Shown: positions 10,528-20,029, numbered from the stretch's first letter. The stretch is 64,000 nt of DNA from an uncultured Acidobacteriota bacterium (GCA_963828465.1 CAWHEU010000018.1:256001-320000); one strand, 5' to 3'. The notes: a model not told the origin generated them from the sequence alone. A program made the numbers and translations.

Positions 10528-11417
10528 GCCGGGTCCTCTTCGTCCTCGTAGTGCCGGAGGAACAACTCCTCCAGAGTCGGCGGATGGCTCACAAGGCTCC
10601 GAACGCCGAGCGGGGCGAGGGTCCGGACAACTTCATCGAGGCGATCGGAGTCCACTTCGAACTCCACCTTGTGATCGTGGAGACGGAGGTCGTGAACACC
10701 GGACAGCCCGGCCACGGGAGAAGGGTCAGAGCTCAACTCGGCGCTGATGGTCGTGCGGGTCAGATGCCGCAGGTCCGAAAGCGTGCCACTCTCCACGGTC
10801 TTTCCCTTGCGAATGATGCTGACCCGGTCACAGAGGGCCTCGACCTCGGCGAGGATGTGACTGGCCAACAGCACAGTGCGCCCGGTGACTCGGTCTTCCT
10901 CGATGCATTTGCGGAACTGTTCCTCCATGAGCGGATCCAGGCCCGCAGTCGGCTCGTCGAGGATGAGGAGCTCGACATCCGAAGCCAATGCTGCGATCAG
11001 CGCCACCTTCTGACGGTTGCCCTTGGAGTACGTGCGGCCCTTCTTGGTGGGGTCGAGGTCGAATCGCTCCAGCAGCATCGCCTTCCTCGACTCGTCGAGG
11101 CCTCCCCGAAGCCGCCCGAGAAGATCGATCACCTCACCACCGGTGAGCTTGGGCCAGAGCGTCACATCCCCGGGGACATAGGCCAGCCGCCGGTGCAACT
11201 CGGTGGCGTCGGACCAGGGGTCACTTCCAAGCAGGGTTGCTGTGCCGGCATCGTGGCGGATGAGACCAAGCAGGACGCGGATGGTCGTGGTCTTGCCCGC
11301 CCCGTTGGGACCGAGGAAGCCGTGAACCTCGCCGGGGGCGACCTCCAGGTCGAGCCCGTCGAGGGCCCGGACATTCCCGAAGTTCTTGACGAGGCCGGAG
11401 ACAGCGATTGCAGACAT
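10524..11417 (-). CDS. ABC exporter ATP-binding protein
   Basis: [26 protein letters not shown]. Confidence 0.95.
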   Translation of the reverse strand: MSAIAVSGLVKNFGNVRALDGLDLEVAPGEVHGFLGPNGAGKTTTIRVLLGLIRHDAGTATLLGSDPWSDATELHRRLAYVPGDVTLWPKLTGGEVIDLLGRLRGGLDESRKAMLLERFDLDPTKKGRTYSKGNRQKVALIAALASDVELLILDEPTAGLDPLMEEQFRKCIEEDRVTGRTVLLASHILAEVEALCDRVSIIRKGKTVESGTLSDLRHLTRTTISAELSSDPSPVAGLSGVHDLRLHDHKVEFEVDSDRLDEVVRTLAPLGVRSLVSHPPTLEELFLRHYEDEEDPA

Positions 11418-11457
11418 GTTGTTGAGAATACAGGGATTTCACACTATTGTAAATGTT
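11418..11457. promoter_or_regulatory. Divergent leaderless promoters and probable regulator operator
   Basis: 40-nt AT-rich gap. Plus strand: TATTGT 11445-11450, 7 nt before ATG 11458. Minus strand: TATTCT 11430-11425, 7 nt before ATG 11417. Imperfect dyad TTTCACA-ctat-TGTAAA. Confidence 0.55.
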
Positions 11458-11982
11458 ATGAACGCGTCAAGACAAAGGGTCGAGGACCTCGCGGACACGA
11501 GGGACTTACTGGCATTCGTGGAGGAGTTCGCCCTGATCCTGGCGGAGACGGGCATGCCCCGGATGCCGGCCCGTGTCTTCGCCTATGCCCTCGCCGAGGA
11601 TGCAGATCGATACTCCGCGCGGGAGCTGGCCGAAGGATTGGGGGTGAGCCCGGCTGCCATTTCAGGCGCCGTCCGCTACTTGACCCACGCCGGGATGCTG
11701 GGCAAGGAACGAGTGCCCGGCTCACGCAGCGACACCTATCGCATCTATGACGACGACGTCTGGCTTGCCATCACGAGCCAGCGCACCCCGCTGCTGAGAC
11801 GATGGAAGGAGGTGCTGGAATCCGGTGTCTCTACGATCGGCCTCGATCGCCCGGGTGGGCGACGCCTGAGCGAGACGATCGCCTTCCTCGACTTCATGGA
11901 GCGAGAGCTCCCCTCGTTGATGGAGAAATGGCATCGCGAGCGCCAGTCGCTCATCGAGGTCGATGGAGCATCTCGCCTCTGA
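11458..11982 (+). CDS. GbsR/MarR family transcriptional regulator
   Basis: FVEEFALILAETGMPRMPARVFAY...SARELAEGLGVSPAAISGAVRYL (wHTH); divergent from the ABC exporter. Confidence 0.9.
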   Translation: MNASRQRVEDLADTRDLLAFVEEFALILAETGMPRMPARVFAYALAEDADRYSARELAEGLGVSPAAISGAVRYLTHAGMLGKERVPGSRSDTYRIYDDDVWLAITSQRTPLLRRWKEVLESGVSTIGLDRPGGRRLSETIAFLDFMERELPSLMEKWHRERQSLIEVDGASRL

Positions 11983-12064
11983 CCGGGAACCGGATCAGAG
12001 CCCGCAACGTAATGGCCGAGAAGGCCGACGCGACGGTCGCCGATTGCGTAAGGTTCCGGCGGGC

Positions 12065-12092
12065 AGGATTCCGGTGGCACCGGAATCCTTTG
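12065..12092. terminator. Perfect inverted repeat (terminator of regulator gene or operator upstream of cox operon)
   Basis: AGGATTCCGGTG-G-CACCGGAATCCT followed by TTG. Confidence 0.55.
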
Positions 12093-12154
12093 TGCAATGG
12101 GAGGTCCGGCCGTTGGTTTGCAAACGGTTGGCCCACGAGACCGGGAGGTGAACC

Positions 12155-12430
12155 TTGGCAGTCGAGACGTCCGGTCACAGCCGGGGTAATCCCCGTCTGT
12201 ACGAGTTGATCGAGCACGCCCCCAAGGAGGGCGAGAGCCCAACGATCTGGGCGTGGCCGGAGATCGTCGACTACTTCAAGGTCGCCGGTCAGCCGGTCCA
12301 GGGGCCATGGCCTCCTCATCAGCAGCCGAGACCCGATCCGGCGGCCGAGTCCCTGCCCGTAGCCGTGCCCGACCCACAATCTTCCCCTCGTCAGCCCGAG
12401 CCCTCAGGAGAATCCGGGCCGCAGGCCTGA
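12155..12430 (+). CDS. Small hypothetical protein leading the cox operon
   Basis: GGAGGTG Shine-Dalgarno 4 nt before TTG 12155; 91 aa with an aromatic core (YELIEH...IWAWPEIVDYFK) and a Pro-rich tail; ends 20 nt before coxM. Confidence 0.6.
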   Translation: MAVETSGHSRGNPRLYELIEHAPKEGESPTIWAWPEIVDYFKVAGQPVQGPWPPHQQPRPDPAAESLPVAVPDPQSSPRQPEPSGESGPQA

Positions 12431-12450
12431 AGCAAAGCAAGGAGGCAGAC

Positions 12451-13329
12451 ATCTACCCCTCTCGATTCCGCTACGAGGCACCGAGGTCGGTCGAGGAGGC
12501 CTCCGCGCTCCTGGCCGACGGCGGCGGCGAGGCCAAGATCCTGGCCGGGGGCCAGAGCCTGGTCCCGATGATCAAGCTCCGGTTCGCCTCGCCGGAGATG
12601 CTGGTCGACATCAACGAGATCCCCGACCTGGACTATCACCGTATCGACGCCGGACGGCTCCGATACACGTCGGTGCGTTGTGCCGTCACGCCGACCTGGA
12701 GCGCTCCTCTCTGCTTGCCGACTCGCCAGCCGACGATGGCTGCGGCCGCCCCCCTGGTGGCCGATCCGATCGTGCGGAATCGAGGCACGCTGGTCGGCTC
12801 GTTGTGTCACGCCGACCCTCAAGGTGATTGGGCCTCGGTGATGGTCTCCCTGGACGGTCTGGTGGTGGCACAGGGCCCCCGCGGCCGGCGCACGATCGCG
12901 GTCAAGGAGCTGGTGCACGGCCCGTTCCAGACGACCCTCGCCTATGACGAGATCGTCGTGGAAGCGATCGCCCCCGCCCCCAAGGGCACACCCGCCGGCG
13001 GCTACCTCAAGCTGGAGCGCCGCGTCGGCGATTTCGCCACCGTTGGCGTCGCAGTATCCGTCGACCGAACCGGTGACGAAGTCTCCCGGGCAGGGATCGG
13101 CCTGACCGGCGTGGGTGCCTCCACCATCTCGGCGGACGATGCCGCCCAAGTGCTGGTGGGTGGCCCACTCACAGCCGATGCGATCGCCGAAGCCGCCGCC
13201 CTTGCGGCCCAGGCAGCCCAGCCCCGCACTGATCACAGAGGGAGCGCCTCCTACAAGCGGCACCTGGTCAGCGTCTTCACCAGCAGGATCCTGACCGGGT
13301 TGATTCGATCGGAAGAGGAGGCAGCCTGA
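12451..13329 (+). CDS. coxM: Aerobic CO dehydrogenase medium (FAD) subunit
   Basis: [62 protein letters not shown] precedes ATC at 12451 where ATG is expected. 12650-12722 is locally out of frame; the alternative frame reads [15 protein letters not shown]. Confidence 0.92.
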   Translation: MYPSRFRYEAPRSVEEASALLADGGGEAKILAGGQSLVPMIKLRFASPEMLVDINEIPDLDYHRIDAGRLRYTSVRCAVTPTWSAPLCLPTRQPTMAAAAPLVADPIVRNRGTLVGSLCHADPQGDWASVMVSLDGLVVAQGPRGRRTIAVKELVHGPFQTTLAYDEIVVEAIAPAPKGTPAGGYLKLERRVGDFATVGVAVSVDRTGDEVSRAGIGLTGVGASTISADDAAQVLVGGPLTADAIAEAAALAAQAAQPRTDHRGSASYKRHLVSVFTSRILTGLIRSEEEAA

Positions 13330-13330
13330 G

Positions 13331-13855
13331 ATGACCAGCTTGTTTCAGGAGGTCAGCCCGGGGGCGGCCGAGGAGACCCCGACCAGACAGATCACCGTGA
13401 CGGTCAACGGCGAGAGCCGAACCGCTGTAGTCGAGCCACGCCTGGTCCTCGCCCATCTGCTCCGCAATGGGTTCAACATGACCGGCACCCACACCGGGTG
13501 CGACACCTCCAACTGCGGGGCCTGTACCGTCCTCTTCGACGGCAAGCCGGTGAAGAGTTGCACCATGTTCGCCGTCCAGGCCGACGGCCACGAGGTGATG
13601 ACCGTCGAAGGACTGGCCGGCCCCAGTGAGCTGCACGCCATCCAAGAGGGGTTCAAGGAGGAGCACGGGCTCCAGTGTGGGTTCTGCACCCCCGGGATGA
13701 TGATGGCCTCCAAGGCACTGCTCGATGAGAACCCCAACCCGACCGAGGACGAGATCCGTTGGGCGTTGAGCGGCAACCTCTGCCGGTGCACCGGTTATCA
13801 GAACATCGTGAAGGCGGTCATGTGGGCGGCCCGGAAGCTGGAGGATCAGGCATGA
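13331..13855 (+). CDS. coxS: Aerobic CO dehydrogenase small (2x[2Fe-2S]) subunit
   Basis: [12 protein letters not shown]...KSC and QCGFCTPGM...GNLCRCTGY. Confidence 0.96.
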   Translation: MTSLFQEVSPGAAEETPTRQITVTVNGESRTAVVEPRLVLAHLLRNGFNMTGTHTGCDTSNCGACTVLFDGKPVKSCTMFAVQADGHEVMTVEGLAGPSELHAIQEGFKEEHGLQCGFCTPGMMMASKALLDENPNPTEDEIRWALSGNLCRCTGYQNIVKAVMWAARKLEDQA

Positions 13856-16240
13856 CGGCGGTCGACGAGATCAAGATCGGCGGCATGGGCGCCAGCAGGC
13901 GCCGTGTCGAGGACAACCGCTTCATCCGGGGCAAGGGCAACTACGTCGACGACATCGTCCTGCCCGGGATGCTGCACATGGAAATCCTGCGCAGCCCTTT
14001 GGCCCACGCCCGGATCAAGTCGATCGACGCATCGAAGGCCTGGGCCATGCCCGGCGTCCGTCTCGTCCTGACCGGCGAGACGATGGCTGCCCGCAACCTG
14101 GCCTGGATGCCGACGTTGTCGTACGACACCCAAGCCGTGCTGGCCACCGACAAGGTGCGCTTCCAGGGTCAGGAGGTCGCCTGCGTCATCGCCGACGATC
14201 CCTACATCGCCAAGGATGCTTGTGAGGCGATCGTGGTGGACTACGAGCCGCTCCCGGTGATCGTCAACCCCACCCAGTCTCTCGCCGAGGGAGCACCACT
14301 GATCCGGGACGACAAGGAGAACCAGTCGAGCAACGTGATCTACGACTGGGAGGTAGGTGACAAGGACGGAACCGACCAGGTCTTCGACCAGGCCGATGTC
14401 ATCTCCACGATCGAGCTCCACTACCCGAGATCACATCCTGCCCCGATCGAGTGCTGCGGGTCGATCGCCGATTTCAACCGGGCTACATCGAAGCTGACCG
14501 TCTACATGACGACCCAGGCGCCCCACATCATCCGGGCTGCAGTCGCCCTGGTCGCCGAGCTGCCCGAGCAGATGATCCGGATCGTCTCCCCGGACATCGG
14601 GGGCGGGTTCGGCAACAAGGTGCCGGTGTACCCGGGGTATGTGGCATCGATATTGGCGTCGATCCTCCTCGAGCGCCCGGTGAAGTGGATCGAGGACCGG
14701 ACCGGCAACCTGATCTCGACCGGCTTCGCCCGTGACATCTATCTCCACGGCGAGCTGGCGTTGCGCAAGGACGGGCGGATCCTTGGAGTGCGGATGAAGG
14801 CGACGGCGGACCACGGAGCCTTTTTCTCCGATGCCCAGCCGTCGAAGTTCAAGATCGGGTTGATGCACTCGGCGTTCGCCTGTTACGACATCCCCAACGC
14901 CCATCTCCAGGCGCGGGGGGTCTACACCAACAAGGCGCCGGGCGGTGTGGCCTACCGATGCTCTTTCCGGGTGACCGAGGCGATGTTCTTCCAGGAGCGG
15001 ATGGTCCAGGCGGCTGCCGACGACCTGGGCATGGACCAGGCCGAGTTCCGCCGCATCAACTTCGTGCGCGACGACGACTTTCCCCATCGGACCCCTTGGG
15101 GCTTCCTCACCGACTCGGGCCAGTACGGCAAGTGCCTCGATGTCGGTCTCGAAGCGATCGGCTACCAGGACTTCCTCAAGGAGAAGGAAGAGGCGGCGAA
15201 GCGGGGGCGACTCCTCGGGATCGGGATCTCCACGATGACCGAGCCGCTAGGGGCAGGCAACAGCCGTGAGTACGACATCCTGGGTATCAAGATGTTCGAC
15301 TCCGCCGAGCTCAAGATCCATATGACCGGCAAGGCGCTCCTGCGCACCGGGGCCAAGACCCAGGGTCAGGGTCACGAGACGACATGGGCTCAGATCGTGG
15401 CCCACGAGCTAGGCCTTCCCGCCGAGGACATCCTCGTGGAGGAAGGGGACACCGACACCGCGCCGTTCGGGATGGGGACCTACGCCTCCAGGAGCACGCC
15501 GGTGGCCGGCGCAGCGGTGGCCATGGTCTCACGCAAGATCCGCGCCAAGGCCCGGAAGATCGCGGCGCACCTCCTCGAGATATCCGAGGAGGACGTCGAG
15601 TGGGAGTTGGGGCGTTTCTACGTCCGCAGCCAGCCCGACCGCGGGGTCACCATCCAGGAATGTGCCATGGCGGCGTACTCCAACATGCCCGACGGGATGG
15701 AGCCCGGGTCTGGAGAATGTGGCGTATTACGACCCGCCCAACCTCACCTGGCCGTTCGCCTGCTACATCGTCACCGTGGAAGTCGACCCCGAAACCGGGG
15801 TGTGGGACGTGTTGAGGCTCGTTGCGGTCGACGATTGCGGCGTGCGGATCAACCCGATGATCGTCGAAGGCCAGATCATGGGTGGGCTCACCGAGGCCTA
15901 CGCCATGGCCAACATGCAGTTCATCACCTTCGACGAACACGGCAACTGCATCGGCTCCAACTTCACCGACTACTTGCTCCCGACCGCCTGGGAGACGCCG
16001 GGCTTCGAGCTGCACGAGGTGGTCACGCCCTGCCCCCACCACCCGATAGGCGCCAAGGGCATCGGCGAATGCGCCGCCGTTGGCGGTCCTGCCGCGTTCG
16101 TCAATGCAGTGATCGACGCCCTCAAGGGCACCGGGGTTCGCAACATCGACATGCCGTTGTTTCCCGACCGGGTCTATCAGGCGCTGCAGACTGGCCTGGA
16201 CGTGAGCGGAGCGCCGCCGGTGAGGACCGACGAGACATGA
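13852..16240 (+). CDS. coxL: Form I aerobic CO dehydrogenase large (Mo-Cu) subunit; +1 frameshift near 15707
   Basis: Active-site motif [14 protein letters not shown] (form I AYxCSFR), [23 protein letters not shown]. The C-terminus ([17 protein letters not shown]...DDCG...GAKGIGE) continues in the 15662..16240 frame. Confidence 0.95.
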
Positions 16241-17226
16241 ACTCCCAGCCGGCCGACGGGTGGAGGATGATCGAGATGGCGAGCGATCTCGCCCGACAGG
16301 GCGTCGAGTTCGCTCTCGCCACCGTCGTCTGGCGCCAGGCGCCCTCCTCGGGGCATCAGGGTGCGAGGGCCATCATCACGGCCGACGGCCAGATGCACGG
16401 CTGGATCGGGGGAGCTTGTGCCGAGCCGGTGGTGATACGGGAGGCGCAGCGGGCCATGGAGGACCGCGTCCCACGGCTCATCCTCTTGGGCAACCCGGAC
16501 CAATTCGGCGAGATCCCTGACGGAATGACGTTCGTCCAGATGTCGTGCCAATCCGAAGGCGCCCTGCAGCTGTACGTCGAGCCGGTGCTCCCCAGTCCGC
16601 ACCTGGTCGTGCTGGGCCGGTCGCCGATGGCGGCCACCCTGGCCGAGCTGGCAGCCGGTGTCGGATGGCGGGCAGACCTGGTCGATGTCCCCGACTTCAA
16701 GACCGCCCACGTCGGCAACAGATCCGTCGTGGTCGTCGCCACCCAGGGGCACGGTGACGAAGAGGCGGTGGAGCAGGCGGTCACGGCCCGACCCGCCTTC
16801 GTCGGACTGGTCGCCTCACGCAAGCGGGGCGAGGCGATCCTCGGATACCTCGCCGACCGCGGCGTCCCCCAAGAGCTCTTGGATCAGGTGCGAGTCCCGG
16901 TCGGCATCGACCTCGGCCACACCTCACATCCCGAGATAGCTGTATCCGTACTGGCCGAGCTGGTCGAGCTACGAGCCAAGGGCGTCCTCGACCCCGAACC
17001 TCGGGCGGAATCTCAGGCGGCGCCAGTACAGCAGCACCATGCCGGTCATGATCACGATCACTCGGCGGCAGTCACAGCCGTCGACCTGGTTTGCGGGATG
17101 ACCGTGCCGGCCGACGAGACCAGCCGCCCCCTCGAATACGAGGGACATACCTACTACTTCTGCTGCCCGGGATGCCGGACGGCGTTCGAGAAGGAGCCCA
17201 CTGCCTACCTGACTGTTAGAGGATGA
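16237..17226 (+). CDS. XdhC/CoxF-family Mo-cofactor maturation protein fused to His-rich linker and YHS domain
   Basis: ATG 16237 overlaps the coxL stop; GWIGGACAE, MSCQSEG, VATQGHGDE, PVGIDLG...PEIAVSVLAE; HHAGHDHDH; DLVCGMTV...YYFCCPGCRTAF. Confidence 0.88.
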   Translation: MNSQPADGWRMIEMASDLARQGVEFALATVVWRQAPSSGHQGARAIITADGQMHGWIGGACAEPVVIREAQRAMEDRVPRLILLGNPDQFGEIPDGMTFVQMSCQSEGALQLYVEPVLPSPHLVVLGRSPMAATLAELAAGVGWRADLVDVPDFKTAHVGNRSVVVVATQGHGDEEAVEQAVTARPAFVGLVASRKRGEAILGYLADRGVPQELLDQVRVPVGIDLGHTSHPEIAVSVLAELVELRAKGVLDPEPRAESQAAPVQQHHAGHDHDHSAAVTAVDLVCGMTVPADETSRPLEYEGHTYYFCCPGCRTAFEKEPTAYLTVRG

Positions 17227-17227
17227 A

Positions 17228-17809
17228 ATGCTGATCAAGCACGACTTCGAGGTACCGGTTGACGTAGACAAGGTGTGGGAGTTCTGTCAGGACATCCCCC
17301 AGGTGGCCGCCTGCCTCCCGGGAGCCTCCCTCACGGACGAGATCGGCCCCGACCAGTACGCCGGGAATGTCGGGATCCGCCTCGGACCGGTCCAGATGCA
17401 ATTCGCCGGCCAGGCCGCGGTCATGGAACGCGATCACGCCAACAGGACCATCGTCGTCGACGCCTCGGGTGCCGACGAGAAGGGCCGGGGTCAGGCCAAT
17501 CTCGGCCTGACTGCCCGCCTGGTCCCCACCGCCAACGGAACGCGGGTGGAGGTCGAGCAGGACCTGCAGTTGTCGGGAGCGGCGGCGCAGTACGGAAGGG
17601 GCATGATCAGCGACGTGAGCGCAGTGATGATGCGGGATTTCGCCACCAACATGCAGACGCGGATCGATGCCTACGACCGAGGCGTGTCACCCGACCAGAT
17701 CGAGACGAAATCTGCCGGCGGCTTCGGAATCGCTATCGCGGCAGCATGGATGGCCCTCAAACGTGTGGGGCGCCGGTTCTTTCTCCCCTACGAGCCCAAC
17801 CGGATCTGA
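17228..17809 (+). CDS. coxG: CoxG (SRPBCC/START-fold) CO dehydrogenase accessory protein
   Basis: KVWEFCQDIPQVAACLPGA, RLGPV, GADEKGRG, LSGAAAQYGRGMISDVS; hydrophobic/basic C-terminal helix. Confidence 0.9.
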   Translation: MLIKHDFEVPVDVDKVWEFCQDIPQVAACLPGASLTDEIGPDQYAGNVGIRLGPVQMQFAGQAAVMERDHANRTIVVDASGADEKGRGQANLGLTARLVPTANGTRVEVEQDLQLSGAAAQYGRGMISDVSAVMMRDFATNMQTRIDAYDRGVSPDQIETKSAGGFGIAIAAAWMALKRVGRRFFLPYEPNRI

Positions 17810-17819
17810 GGAGGCGCTG

Positions 17820-18074
17820 ATGACTTGGTGGTGGATTGGAAACGCGGTGCTCCTCTTGGTGGTGGTACCTGTGCTGGTCGCCCTGCTCAACAGGGTGTTG
17901 GCGGCCGTAGAGCGAATCAGAGGCGCCGCCGACAACATCCTCGCCGGGGGGGTAGCCCTAATCGGCGAGGTGGACAGGGTGCCAGAGCTCTTGGGGGTCA
18001 CCGATCAGACGATCGAAGACGTATCCACGGGCGCCGTCCGCTACGCCGGGTCCGTCGCGAAGTTGCTGGGTTGA
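17820..18074 (+). CDS. Small single-TM coiled-coil protein A (84 aa)
   Basis: GAGGAGG before ATG 17820; MTWWWIGNAVLLLVVVPVLVALLNRVL then amphipathic helix. Confidence 0.8.
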   Translation: MTWWWIGNAVLLLVVVPVLVALLNRVLAAVERIRGAADNILAGGVALIGEVDRVPELLGVTDQTIEDVSTGAVRYAGSVAKLLG

Positions 18075-18088
18075 GGGAGGTGTAGCCA

Positions 18089-18316
18089 ATGCCTGCTGTA
18101 GCAATCGTCACCTTGGTCCTGGCGACGCTGATCATCGCCGCCGCCGCCGTGGGTCTGATCAGGGTCATCGAGCACCTGAATGCCGCACTGAGATCCCTGC
18201 GAGCAGTCACCGGAGGTGTCGGCGTGATTGCGGACAAGACCAGCACCGTGCCGGCAGTGGTGGGCTCGGTCAACGCGAATCTCAAGCCCGTCAGCGACTT
18301 CTGCGAATCGATATAG
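18089..18316 (+). CDS. Small single-TM coiled-coil protein B (75 aa)
   Basis: GGGAGGTG before ATG; MPAVAIVTLVLATLIIAAAAVGLIRV then heptad helix. Confidence 0.8.
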   Translation: MPAVAIVTLVLATLIIAAAAVGLIRVIEHLNAALRSLRAVTGGVGVIADKTSTVPAVVGSVNANLKPVSDFCESI

Positions 18317-18323
18317 GAACGAC

Positions 18324-18584
18324 ATGAGCGAACTCTTCGAAGGAAACACCGGTTGGCTGGTCGGGTACATCATCGGGATCGTCGTCGTCCTGGTGGTGGT
18401 CGCCTTGGTCGTGCCCATCCTGGTCCTGGCCAGCAAGATCGGGAGCGAGGCTCAGCTGATCGACGAGAGTCTCCAGAAGTCGGTGCAGAACACAGCGGCG
18501 TTGGCAGAACTGGGTTCCACGAACCAGATGGCGGTGAACGTCATACAAGGGCTCGAGCGGGGCCGGAAGCGACTCGGAGGATGA
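18324..18584 (+). CDS. Small single-TM coiled-coil protein C (86 aa)
   Basis: AGGA before ATG 18324; WLVGYIIGIVVVLVVVALVVPILVLA then KIGSEAQLIDESLQKSVQNT. Confidence 0.8.
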   Translation: MSELFEGNTGWLVGYIIGIVVVLVVVALVVPILVLASKIGSEAQLIDESLQKSVQNTAALAELGSTNQMAVNVIQGLERGRKRLGG

Positions 18585-18874
18585 CCATGGTCTTTGCCCT
18601 CACCGAGAACCAGGAGACCCTGTGGCAGATCGCCAACTGGGCCGGGCTCGCCGTCGTGGTTGCGGTGGCGCTCTTGCTCACCATCCTCGTGCTCCTGGTC
18701 CACAGAATCGACAAAAGGGTCAAGAACATCAAAGCGACGCTGACCCAAGCCGAGGCCAACACCGCTGATGCCGAGTTGCTGAACACCACCGCTGCCGGCG
18801 TCGACCTGGTCCTCGCCGAAGGTCTCGAGCATCATCTCTTCCTGGGCCGGGTGCTGGGGAAGGTGCGCTCATGA
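18581..18874 (+). CDS. Small single-TM coiled-coil protein D (97 aa)
   Basis: ATGA overlap with C (alternative ATG 18587 after GGAGG); AGLAVVVAVALLLTILVLLV then RIDKRVKNIKATLTQAEANT. Confidence 0.8.
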   Translation: MTMVFALTENQETLWQIANWAGLAVVVAVALLLTILVLLVHRIDKRVKNIKATLTQAEANTADAELLNTTAAGVDLVLAEGLEHHLFLGRVLGKVRS

Positions 18875-19281
18875 GCAATCTGGTCCTCTTCACAGTCGTC
18901 GACATCGTCCTGCTCATCGCCGGGCTGGCGATCTATCTCTGGATCGTCGGCGGGCAGCTCACCCGGATCGCCACCAACCTCGAGGAGTGCGACGACCTGG
19001 TGCTGAAGATCGGCGGCAACGCCGCTTCGATCGAAGGCAACCTCGAACACGTGAACCGCACGGGAGGCGTCGTCGCCGGCGCGCTCCCCCTGCTTTATGG
19101 GATGGCCGAGAAGATCGTGGTCGGCGCCACCTACGACCCGGAGACGGTGCCGGAGCGAGGTCCGGCGGTACCCGCATCGGGTCGCCGCCGCTCACGTCTG
19201 CATGACGCCATCGGCTACATGCCGGACGGCCCGGGGAGCAGGGCCCACGCCCCCTTGGCCGATACGACCGAGCCTTCGTAG
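18871..19281 (+). CDS. Small single-TM coiled-coil protein E (136 aa, with C-terminal tail)
   Basis: ATGA overlap with D; LVLFTVVDIVLLIAGLAIYLWIV then RIATNLEECDDLVLKIGGNA. Confidence 0.8.
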   Translation: MSNLVLFTVVDIVLLIAGLAIYLWIVGGQLTRIATNLEECDDLVLKIGGNAASIEGNLEHVNRTGGVVAGALPLLYGMAEKIVVGATYDPETVPERGPAVPASGRRRSRLHDAIGYMPDGPGSRAHAPLADTTEPS

Positions 19282-19310
19282 GTCGACGCATCCTCATCCG
19301 TACCCTTAGC

Positions 19311-19344
19311 GAGATGGGCCGGGGCCGACCCGGCCCATCTCTTT
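19311..19344 (+). terminator. Intrinsic terminator closing the cox operon
   Basis: 13-bp perfect stem GAGATGGGCCGGG-gccga-CCCGGCCCATCTC followed by TTT. Confidence 0.75.
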
Positions 19345-19433
19345 CCCCTCCGGATCACCTGACCGGTGTTCCGGCAACCCGTTTGTGTCCGCTTGACCCG
19401 CGACCCATGACATGAGATTTCGGCAAGAATCTC

Positions 19434-19458
19434 GTCAGCGATCCACCACGGGCGGACA
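19434..19458 (+). promoter_or_regulatory. Putative autoregulated ECF promoter, copy 1
   Basis: GTCA-N16-GGACA, 10 nt before the sigma ATG; the same motif and spacing occur before the paralog. Confidence 0.55.
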
Positions 19459-19468
19459 CTAAGGGGCA

Positions 19469-20029
19469 ATGACAACGCAGGGAGACCAGAGGTCGCGCTT
19501 CGAGGCGATCTGGCGCGAGCACCGGCATCGGGTGCTGGCCTATTGCCTGCGACGCGCTTCGTCGGCCGATGCGGAGGACGCTTGCGCCGAGACCTTTCTC
19601 GTCGTGTGGAGACGAATCGACGAGATACCGCCGGCCCCCAAGACCCTTCCTTGTCTCTATGGGATCGCCCGCAAATCGCTGTCGAATCAGACACGAGCCT
19701 TCTATCGAAGGGGGCGACTCCACACCAAGCTCACCAACCTCGGGATGGCGCCCACCGCCGACCCGATGCTTGTCGTCGTGCAGCGCGCCGACGACAAGGT
19801 CGTGACAGACGCGGTCCGACGGCTCAAGCCAGTCGACCGGGAGATAGTGATGCTCGACGTCTGGGAGGACCTGTCAAGGGCCGAGATCGCCGAGGTGCTG
19901 GGCATGACCAGAGCCGCCGTCGATCAGCGGATCCACCGCGCTTACCAAAAGCTCTCCCGGGCCTTGGAGCCCGTCCTGGAGATCAGTCCACTGAATTCCC
20001 CTCCGATCGCCGAGGAAGGAGTGACATGA
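19469..20029 (+). CDS. ECF RNA polymerase sigma factor (copy 1)
   Basis: Region 2 DAEDACAETFLVVWRR; region 4 LKPVDREIVMLDVWEDLSRAEIAEVLGMTRAAVDQRIHRA. Confidence 0.93.
   Translation: MTTQGDQRSRFEAIWREHRHRVLAYCLRRASSADAEDACAETFLVVWRRIDEIPPAPKTLPCLYGIARKSLSNQTRAFYRRGRLHTKLTNLGMAPTADPMLVVVQRADDKVVTDAVRRLKPVDREIVMLDVWEDLSRAEIAEVLGMTRAAVDQRIHRAYQKLSRALEPVLEISPLNSPPIAEEGVT

Noticed and set aside
8935-11982. Antibiotic-exporter-like ABC pair as a sign of a biosynthetic or resistance island
   Set aside because: No biosynthetic genes nearby; this exporter-regulator trio is widespread and its substrate cannot be inferred from sequence
12075-12097. Possible sigma-54 promoter TGGCAC upstream of cox
   Set aside because: No TTGC at the required -12 spacing; the TGGCAC is the centre of an inverted repeat
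13759-17226. 1155-aa ORF that looks like a novel CoxL-XdhC-YHS fusion
   Set aside because: Product of the +1 frameshift near 15707. The true CoxL C-terminus is in another frame ending at 16240, and XdhC has its own ATG at 16237
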